Below are positions 56,953-64,000 of a stretch of 64,000 bases of DNA, piece after piece. The notes below the pieces were generated by a model. That model had not been told where the DNA came from. It ran no database searches and worked only from the letters and a program-made list of their open reading frames with translations. Both the position numbers and the translations under genes were made by a program. Position 1 is the first letter of the stretch. The number at the start of each line of letters is the position of its first letter. Location: positions 1,248,001-1,312,000 of the forward strand of contig OZ253462.1 of assembly GCA_965261395.1 (NCBI GenBank), given 5' to 3'. Source of the stretch: Candidatus Latescibacterota bacterium (GTDB lineage: Bacteria; Latescibacterota; UBA2968; UBA8231).

Positions 56953-57091
56953 CGGACCGGTAGCATGGCTGCGGGGGATGAAGTCAGTATCTAGGCGCTA
57001 CGCTGCGACCGAACTCGCGGTATGGGCGCTACGCTGCTGGACAAGGAGATCTTTGCCTACGAGGCGGCCTATCGCCGGCTGGGTGCCGTAA

Positions 57092-58099
57092 TCAGCGGGC
57101 GTACTCATCCACTATCTGCTGCACCTTGACTAGATCCACATCGCCCCCATCGCGGGGAAAATCGTAGGGTAAGAGCCACCAGTCTTCAGTGAAGGACGCC
57201 ACTTCGCCCGGATCCAAGATCTCTTTCGGGCCGAAAGGCTCAAGTTCGCACATTTCGTCCTCGAAATACCACAACACCACCGTGTAGGCTCCGATGTCGG
57301 GGTACATCCTTTCCGGGAAGGTCGGAAAGCGCTTGACGAAAAGGAGGTCGTTCCGCATCAGGTAGCCGAACCAGCCCGCGTACGAGTCCACGGCGATCCA
57401 AGGCTCTATGGGTGTATCGACGATTTCGAGGAAGTTGTCCCGCACGCGGATATTGGGATCCTCCGGCTCGTAGTTGATGATCGGACCCGGCCCGAAGACG
57501 ATGTACTTCCTAGGAAAGCGGTTGAAGTGGTCCCCTAGGGGCACCAAGCAGATCCCTCGGCCTTGGCCGAAGGTCCGGCTCCAATGGTTGCGCTCTATGG
57601 TCTCGCCAGAGATGTTTTTGATCAGTTGGGTGCAGGAAAGATGCGACGACTCCGCGTCGAGCTCGAACTCACGCATGAGTTGGGTACCCGTGGCTTTGTC
57701 CTTGACGCTGACCATCCGGGCGCGACGCGGTCCGAGGAGTTCACCCTCCCACTTGCCGACCCACAGATCTGGATGTGGGGGCAGTACCAGCTCGGGACCG
57801 ATGTCGAAACGCCCCCCGCTTGGATCGATCTGGGGCTTGTCTGGATCGTAGATCCAGCCTTCGTGGTCGGGATTGAGGTAGATGGCGTTCTCATCCTTCC
57901 ACGAGTACTCGAGCACACGTCCACCGTGAAGCCCCAAAACGACGCGGACATTCTCGTTTACTAGTTCAATACAGTCGGCATAGCCGAAATAGTCAATCCA
58001 ACCCGTGCCTTCAGGCATGTCCTCTGCTCCGGAATCTTGAGGTGAACATATCAACGCCCACACCACCGTGAGCATGGGGAGCATTCGGTGTGGTTTCAT
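57092..58099 (-). CDS. Secreted hypothetical protein (galactose-mutarotase-like/DUF4380-like)
   Basis: Signal peptide, GGRVLEY, GGRFDIGPE and ELEPFGP...L.PGE..SFTE.W.L. RBS AAGGAGGT. Confidence 0.6.
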   Translation of the reverse strand: MKPHRMLPMLTVVWALICSPQDSGAEDMPEGTGWIDYFGYADCIELVNENVRVVLGLHGGRVLEYSWKDENAIYLNPDHEGWIYDPDKPQIDPSGGRFDIGPELVLPPHPDLWVGKWEGELLGPRRARMVSVKDKATGTQLMREFELDAESSHLSCTQLIKNISGETIERNHWSRTFGQGRGICLVPLGDHFNRFPRKYIVFGPGPIINYEPEDPNIRVRDNFLEIVDTPIEPWIAVDSYAGWFGYLMRNDLLFVKRFPTFPERMYPDIGAYTVVLWYFEDEMCELEPFGPKEILDPGEVASFTEDWWLLPYDFPRDGGDVDLVKVQQIVDEYAR

Positions 58100-58410
58100 C
58101 TCTTTACCTCCTTAGGGGAAATGGACGCGATTTAGCTGCCTAGCACCGCAGGGCACAGGTCGCGTCGGTCAAAGGATAGGCCTTCTACGGGAGCTTTCCA
58201 AACGCGCATTGCAACAGAGCCACTCTGCAGCACCGGCGACCCGTGGAAGGGCGAACAAACCTTTGGACATGTCTATAATATCTATGTTTCGCGTTAGTAT
58301 GTTCTGCTATCACCTCTTGTATACGCAGACCTTGTGCGCCGAATGCCATACAGCAAGATTAACCTGCGATATCTGGGCGTCGGCGCGACTACGCATATAA
58401 AGGGTGGGAT

Positions 58411-60375
58411 ATGAGTGAGCCGAACGAAAATGCATCGGGCCTGACCCTCCGGGCTTTCGTGGTAGGCGCACTGCTGTCGGCCTGTATCGGCGCTGGGGCG
58501 TGTTACGGAGCCAACGTCATCGGCGGCTCTCTGATCTCCGTGAACTTCACCACTGGAGCCGCGCTTTTTCTATTCTTCTTTTTGGTCGGAGGCGTCAACT
58601 CCTTTTTGCGGATAGTCTATCGGCCCTTCGCGTTCACTGGCGGGGAGTTGGCGACCATTTACGTCATGATGATGGTCGCCTGCGCCATTCCGACGGTTGG
58701 GCTCATGGGCTATCTGCCCCCCCTATTGACCGCGCCCTACTACTACGCGACCCCTGAAAACGACTGGGCGACCATTATCCAGCCGCATATCCAATCTTGG
58801 CTGGTCCCTGACCCTGGCACAGCCAAAGCGTTTTTTGAAGGACTGCCCAAGGGAGCCTCGATCCCCTGGCAGGTGTGGATCTTCCCGCTCCTGGCTTGGA
58901 GCGCGTTCTTCTTTGCCCTTTACTTCGCAATGATCTGCATGATCGTGATCCTCCGCAAACAGTGGATGGATAATGAGCGATTGATCTACCCCATCGTCCA
59001 AGTGCCTCTGGATATCATCAAAGGGGAAGACGCACCCGGCTATATCAACTCCTTCTTCAAGAGCAAGTTGATGTGGGCGGGCTTCCTCATCCCCTTCGTC
59101 ATCCAGTCCCTGAATGCCCTCCACAACTACTACGCCTACCTACCGAGTATTCAGTTGAGCTATGGCCTGCCCATTTTCCGTAACACCATGACTATCCCCT
59201 TCTTCCTCAGCTTCCCAACAATCGGCTTTTCTTATCTGATCAACCTAGACATCGCCTTCGGACTCTGGTTCTTCAGCCTCGTCGCTGTCCTCGAAAAAGG
59301 GCTTTTCAACGTCATCGGCTTCCACAGCACCGAACAGAGCAGCATCTACGGTGTGGGCGACTATCCCTATCTGGCCCATCAGGGCATGGGTGCGATGATC
59401 GTGCTCGTATTGTTCGGCCTGTGGGCGGGACGCAAGCATTTGAAAGGCGTCTGGAGGACGGTGCTAGGCAAGGATGGCGGAGAGGACGACAGCGGCGAGA
59501 TCCTCTCGTACCGAGGTGCGGTGTTGGGCATGCTGGGAGCGCTCGCGGCCATGGCCTTCTGGCTCTGGTTGTCCGGGTTCTCCTCGTGGTGGATGATCGT
59601 GCTTTTCCTGTTTGGCACCTTCGTCATCTACCTAGGCCTGACGCGCATCGTGGCCCAGGGTGGAGTAGCCGTGGCACGCTCCCCGATGATCGCCTCGGAC
59701 TTTGTCATCCTCAGCGTGGGCAGCACCGCGCTCGGTTCGGCGGATCTGGTGTCCTTGGCTTTTACCTATATCTGGTCCGCCGACATAAGCACCTTCGTCA
59801 TGGCCTCTTCTGCCAACGGACTGAAGCTGGCTTCCGACGCGGGGGTCGGCAAGCGCAAGCGGCTCCTGTTCTGGGCGATGCTGCTGTCGATCACGGTGAC
59901 GCTGGCGGCTTCCTTCTGGGTGCTTACTCGCGAGAGTTACCTACACGGAGGCATCAACTTCGTCGGCCAAGGCGGCTGGAGTTTCGACGCAGGTGCGCGC
60001 TATCCCTTCGAATACGTGAGCCGAGCGATAATGACGCCGGCCGAGACCGATACTGGGGGTTGGATCTTCACAGGGGTGGGGGCGTCTGTGATGGGCTTGC
60101 TCATGGTCGCCCGGCGGCACTACCTTTGGTGGCCCCTGCATCCGCTGGGGTACCCGATCAGCGTAATTGGCTACCCCGTGCTGACCGTCTGGTGCAGCGT
60201 CTTTTTGGCCTGGCTCTGCAAACTGGTCATTATGAAATACGGCGGGCCTAGGCTTTTCAGGAAAAGCCGTCCTTTCTTTTTAGGATTGATCGCCGGCCAA
60301 TTTGTCGTCGCCGGCATCTGGTTAATCATAGACCATTTCACGGGCATGATCGGCAACCAATTGGGACTCACCTAG
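58411..60375 (+). CDS. Polytopic membrane protein (DUF6785/DUF6784-like, putative transporter)
   Basis: LTLRAF..G, EL..IY.MM, W..W..PL..W, QW.D.ERL.YP, WWPLHPLGY and YGG..L.....PFFLGLI.G. Confidence 0.7.
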   Translation: MSEPNENASGLTLRAFVVGALLSACIGAGACYGANVIGGSLISVNFTTGAALFLFFFLVGGVNSFLRIVYRPFAFTGGELATIYVMMMVACAIPTVGLMGYLPPLLTAPYYYATPENDWATIIQPHIQSWLVPDPGTAKAFFEGLPKGASIPWQVWIFPLLAWSAFFFALYFAMICMIVILRKQWMDNERLIYPIVQVPLDIIKGEDAPGYINSFFKSKLMWAGFLIPFVIQSLNALHNYYAYLPSIQLSYGLPIFRNTMTIPFFLSFPTIGFSYLINLDIAFGLWFFSLVAVLEKGLFNVIGFHSTEQSSIYGVGDYPYLAHQGMGAMIVLVLFGLWAGRKHLKGVWRTVLGKDGGEDDSGEILSYRGAVLGMLGALAAMAFWLWLSGFSSWWMIVLFLFGTFVIYLGLTRIVAQGGVAVARSPMIASDFVILSVGSTALGSADLVSLAFTYIWSADISTFVMASSANGLKLASDAGVGKRKRLLFWAMLLSITVTLAASFWVLTRESYLHGGINFVGQGGWSFDAGARYPFEYVSRAIMTPAETDTGGWIFTGVGASVMGLLMVARRHYLWWPLHPLGYPISVIGYPVLTVWCSVFLAWLCKLVIMKYGGPRLFRKSRPFFLGLIAGQFVVAGIWLIIDHFTGMIGNQLGLT

Positions 60376-60423
60376 TGTGTTGTCCTATAATTGTCTCGAA
60401 AAATTTTACAGGCACTGGCAATA

Positions 60424-61473
60424 ATGGGCGAGCGCATCCGCGGCTTTGGCAGCGACAATCACGCCGGGGTCCACCCCGAGGTCATGGCGGCCTTACAGCG
60501 AGTCAACGTGGGGCACGTGCATTCCTATGGGGACGATCCCCACACTGTTGAAGCCGTGGCGCTTTTTCGGGAGGTGTTGGGCGCGGAGGTAGAGGTTTTC
60601 TTTGCATTCAATGGCACCGGAGCCAATGTTACAGCCCTCTCCGCGCTCACGCGCTTTTACGACGCGGTGATCTGCTCGGACACCGCTCATCTCCACATCG
60701 ACGAATGCGGTGCCCCCGAACAGGTGGCCGGCGTCAAGCTCCTGCCTGCGCCTGCGCCCGACGGCAAAATCACGCCCGAAGGGATAGCCGCCCACATTGC
60801 GGCTCGCGGCGACGAGCACCAAGTGCGTCCCCGCGTGGTGTCGATTACTCAGGCCACCGAATTGGGCACCGTCTATGCGCCCAGCGAGATCCGCGCCCTC
60901 GCCGACTGCGCCCACGAGCACGGGTTGCTCCTGCATGTCGATGGAGCGCGGATCGCCAACGCAGCGGTGGGCTTGGGCCTAGGACTGCGGGAAATCACCG
61001 GGGATTGCGGGGTTGATGTGCTGTCGTTTGGCGGCACCAAGAACGGCCTGATGCTGGGAGAAGCCGTAGTCTTTTTTAAGCCTGAGTTGGCCGAGGACTA
61101 TCGCCGTGCGCGCAAGCAGGGTATGCAACTGGCCTCTAAGATGCGCTTTGTCGCCGCGCAATTTACGGCCCTGCTGACCGACGACCTGTGGCGTCGGAGT
61201 GCCCAGCACGCCAACGCCATGGCGCAGGTGCTGGCCGAGCGAGTGCGGCCCATTCGCGGGGTGGAGGTGATTTACCCAGTGCAGGCCAACGCCGTCTTCG
61301 CCCGGTTGCCGACAGAAGTGATCCCCATTTTGCAGCAGGAGTTCTTCTTTTATCCCTGGAATGCCACGCGAGGTGAGGTGCGTTGGATGACCTCGTTCGA
61401 CACTGAGACGGAAGATATAGAGGCATTTGCGACGCTGATTGAATCCACTATGACAGAAAGGAACGCATCGTGA
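60424..61473 (+). CDS. ltaE: Low-specificity L-threonine aldolase
   Basis: FGSDN, YGDD, NGTGAN, DECGAPE, TQATELGT.Y, LHVDGAR and SFGGTKNG. Confidence 0.9.
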   Translation: MGERIRGFGSDNHAGVHPEVMAALQRVNVGHVHSYGDDPHTVEAVALFREVLGAEVEVFFAFNGTGANVTALSALTRFYDAVICSDTAHLHIDECGAPEQVAGVKLLPAPAPDGKITPEGIAAHIAARGDEHQVRPRVVSITQATELGTVYAPSEIRALADCAHEHGLLLHVDGARIANAAVGLGLGLREITGDCGVDVLSFGGTKNGLMLGEAVVFFKPELAEDYRRARKQGMQLASKMRFVAAQFTALLTDDLWRRSAQHANAMAQVLAERVRPIRGVEVIYPVQANAVFARLPTEVIPILQQEFFFYPWNATRGEVRWMTSFDTETEDIEAFATLIESTMTERNAS

Positions 61474-62303
61474 TCATCGACACCCATACCCACTTCTACG
61501 ATCCCACGCGGTCCGAAGGAGTGCCTTGGCCACCGGCTGACAACGAATTGCTCTACCGCACGGTATTGCCCGAGCACCACCGCGCCCTTGCCGCGCCCGA
61601 AGGGGTGACCGGGACGGTGGTAGTGGAAGCTAGTGCGTGGTTGGCGGATAATCAGTGGATTCTGGATTTGGCCGCTGCCGACCCTTGGATCGTCGGGCTG
61701 GTGGGCCACGTCGATCCCAACCGAGAGGACTTCAAAAGCGACATCGACCGCCTTGCAGCGAACGCGCTCTTCCGCGGCATTCGCTGCGGCAGCGGGTATT
61801 TTGCCGACTTGGAGGCTGGGTCTTTTCTCGCCGACATAGAGCATCTCGTCGCACGGGATTTGCAGCTCGACGCGCTAGTGGGGCCGGCGGACTTGGGCCA
61901 AGTGGCCGAACTGGCCCGGCGACTGCCCGAATTGCGCATCGTCATCAATCACTGCGGTGGAGTGGGGACCGACGGTGGTGATCCCGATCCGGCGTGGTTG
62001 GACGCCATGGCTCAAGCAGCCGAGCAACCGCAAGTCTTTATGAAGGTTTCGGCGATCATGGAACAAAGCAGGGTAGATCCGGTGCCGGAAGAGCTGGACT
62101 TTTATCGCCCGATCCTCGACGCGATGTGGGACGCCTTTGGCGCAGACCGCGTGATCTACGGCAGCAATTGGCCCGTCAGGGACCGGGCGGGGAGTTTTAA
62201 GGCCGCCATCTCCATCGTCAAAGCGTACTTTGGCGAAAAGGGCGTGGCGGAGAAGTACCTCTGGCAAAACGGCAAGATCGCCTACAAGTGGTTAGACCGC
62301 TAA
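61470..62303 (+). CDS. Amidohydrolase 2 family (sugar-lactonase-like)
   Basis: IIDTHTHFYD, IVINH, MKVS and FG.DRVIYGSNWPV. Confidence 0.9.
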   Translation: MIIDTHTHFYDPTRSEGVPWPPADNELLYRTVLPEHHRALAAPEGVTGTVVVEASAWLADNQWILDLAAADPWIVGLVGHVDPNREDFKSDIDRLAANALFRGIRCGSGYFADLEAGSFLADIEHLVARDLQLDALVGPADLGQVAELARRLPELRIVINHCGGVGTDGGDPDPAWLDAMAQAAEQPQVFMKVSAIMEQSRVDPVPEELDFYRPILDAMWDAFGADRVIYGSNWPVRDRAGSFKAAISIVKAYFGEKGVAEKYLWQNGKIAYKWLDR

Positions 62304-62313
62304 GGAGGCCATT

Positions 62314-63612
62314 GTGAAATTTTGGGTTTTCACCCACAGCGACCAGCCCCTCGAACACTGGCTCGAAGGCTACCAGCAGCGCTTCGACGCTTGGGAAGAA
62401 GGCGGCGTAGAAGGCATTATCGTCGGCCGCATGCAGTTTAAGCAGGACGATGGTTCGATTATCCCCAGCTATCCGGCCAATCCCAAGCTCTACGCCGAGC
62501 ACGGCGTCGAGCTGCCGGAGGAGACGCCCCGCGACTTAGAAAAAGAAAAAAAGCTCCAAGCCATGATGGACGACGCAGCGGCGCGTGGCTGGCAGATTAT
62601 GACCTTTGGCATGGGTCGCGGTGGGGTGGTTGGGCTGGAGGACTTAATCACTTTCTACCCGCAGGTCCACGGCGTCATTATCGACGGCCCCGGCGAAAAC
62701 CACTACGAGCTAGCGTTCCACCACGGCGGGGAGCTACTGGAGCTCCGGCCCGGCGAGGATCAACAGTTTGCCGGCATGGGGGCCGATGTCGGGCGGATAC
62801 AGCGCGGCATTGACCATCTGCGGCAAGCCCTGTGTCGGCTGACGCCCCAGCGGGTGCGCTACCTCGCCCAAGGCGGCCTCTTTTCGGTGCTGAATTTAAT
62901 CGACCTCGACGAGGATGGGCTGTATTGGTTGCGGATGCGGCAGGAGAAGTCGCGCCGCTCTTGGGCAGACGCCCGCACAATCGTCAATCAGGCCTCGCGC
63001 AAGATCGAGTTGGGTGGGATTCCGCGCACGGCCGTCGTCTCTGGTTTGACCGGGCAGGACTACGAGCGGATGGCTGGCTACTTCGATTACATACTGCCCA
63101 AGCACTACTACTGGCATCGCGGTTTTGACGGCCTTTATGGTACACTGGCGCGCTGGGTGCAGACGCTTGGGGAGTGGAATCCGGGGCTAACGGAGGAGGA
63201 CGCCTTTGCTGTGGTCCAGGCGCTTTTTGGCATCAAACTGCCTCAGGTGCGGACGCTTTTTGACTTAGAGGCGGGTTTTCCCGACGAGTTTTTCAGCGAG
63301 GTCGTGTACGGTGAGACGCGCCGCGCTTTGGAGGCGGCTGGTGCCGACAAGGTGATTTGCTGGGTCTCGACCGGTCGCACGCCGCACGCCGGCGACCCCA
63401 TGCCCGCGCGCGATCTGCTCGGCATTTTGCGGGCGTCCGAGGCAGCCGGGCTGAAGCGCTTCGTCTTTCATCCAGAGGTTATGGGCGCGTCTGAGTGGCG
63501 GGTTTTGACGGAGTTGTGTGGGACGCCGTGGCGCGAGGATCCGAGCGGGTATTGGCCTTCGGGTACCGAGAAGCCGGATGCTTTTAATGGGGGACGGAAG
63601 AAAGAGAATTAG
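62314..63612 (+). CDS. Hypothetical protein
   Basis: 432-aa ORF with RBS AAGGAGG and a GTG start; no family recognised. Confidence 0.7.
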   Translation: MKFWVFTHSDQPLEHWLEGYQQRFDAWEEGGVEGIIVGRMQFKQDDGSIIPSYPANPKLYAEHGVELPEETPRDLEKEKKLQAMMDDAAARGWQIMTFGMGRGGVVGLEDLITFYPQVHGVIIDGPGENHYELAFHHGGELLELRPGEDQQFAGMGADVGRIQRGIDHLRQALCRLTPQRVRYLAQGGLFSVLNLIDLDEDGLYWLRMRQEKSRRSWADARTIVNQASRKIELGGIPRTAVVSGLTGQDYERMAGYFDYILPKHYYWHRGFDGLYGTLARWVQTLGEWNPGLTEEDAFAVVQALFGIKLPQVRTLFDLEAGFPDEFFSEVVYGETRRALEAAGADKVICWVSTGRTPHAGDPMPARDLLGILRASEAAGLKRFVFHPEVMGASEWRVLTELCGTPWREDPSGYWPSGTEKPDAFNGGRKKEN

Positions 63613-63653
63613 GGCCACCAACATTCTAGCCCGAATCTACGAAGAAAAGAAAA

Positions 63654-64000
63654 ATGACTCACACACTCGCAAAATTGCCTGACTACGCCGCATGGCTATG
63701 CGCGATGAAAGCGCGCATCCGGTCGGCCCATCTCAGCGCAGCGCGGGCGGTGAACCGCGATATGATCCTGCTGTATTGGGACATCGGGCGCGGGATCTTA
63801 GAGAATCAGAAGGAACAAGGCTGGGGTAAGTCAATAGTGGACAGGCTGGCCGCAGACTTGAGAAAGGCGTTCCCCCACATAAGTGGTTTCTCGGCACGCA
63901 ACCTCTGGGATATGCGTCGGTTGGTCGAGGCGTATTCTAACGCTAGAGTCCTTGCACAAGCGGTGCAGGAAATAGGAACCCTGGAGAAAGATGCAATTCT
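63654..64000 (+). CDS. DUF1016/YhcG-family protein, N-terminal part (runs off the window edge)
   Basis: Manual translation ...AARAVNRDMILLYWDIGRGI...QGWGKSIVDRLAADL...GFSARNLW.MRR. Confidence 0.85.
   Translation, partial: MTHTLAKLPDYAAWLCAMKARIRSAHLSAARAVNRDMILLYWDIGRGILENQKEQGWGKSIVDRLAADLRKAFPHISGFSARNLWDMRRLVEAYSNARVLAQAVQEIGTLEKDAI

Noticed and set aside
56994-57037. 13-bp direct repeat GGCGCTACGCTGC as a mini-CRISPR
   Set aside because: Only two short copies 31 nt apart with no cas genes. It is more likely a scar in a degraded intergenic remnant.

Overview
GC-rich bacterial chromosomal segment. The gene content (many FlgD/CHU_C-tailed secreted proteins, a C-terminal 'SWGxLK' protein, expanded PhyH, Gfo/Idh/MocA and Zn-dehydrogenase families) suggests a Latescibacterota-like organism; this is inference only. 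The backbone carries metG, polA, catabolic enzymes and transporters. Four things stand out. (1) A ~6.9 kb island (12002-18929), largely AT-rich, is bounded by a 96-bp direct repeat of the 5' end of an SGNH hydrolase gene. It carries a TIR-TPR-methylase target-recognition-domain fusion coupled to an ABC-ATPase with a HEPN-like tail (candidate defence pair), a complete IS5/IS1031 element, an orphan HigA and a GIY-YIG-like pseudogene. (2) A ~300-nt structured transcript with its own promoter and terminator (8495-8799) is a candidate ncRNA. (3) A ~24 kb surface-protein locus (30.4-54.8 kb) holds two tandem gene pairs that are near-identical in the scaffold but hypervariable in the loops of a discoidin-like domain. 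It also encodes a putative OM protein, a GT-C/TPR glycosyltransferase, ASPIC/UnbV, TPR and PpiC proteins. (4) A PhyH-family protein has an HxG instead of HxD metal motif. No rRNA, tRNA or CRISPR array was seen. All family calls come from motif recognition by eye, not database searches.
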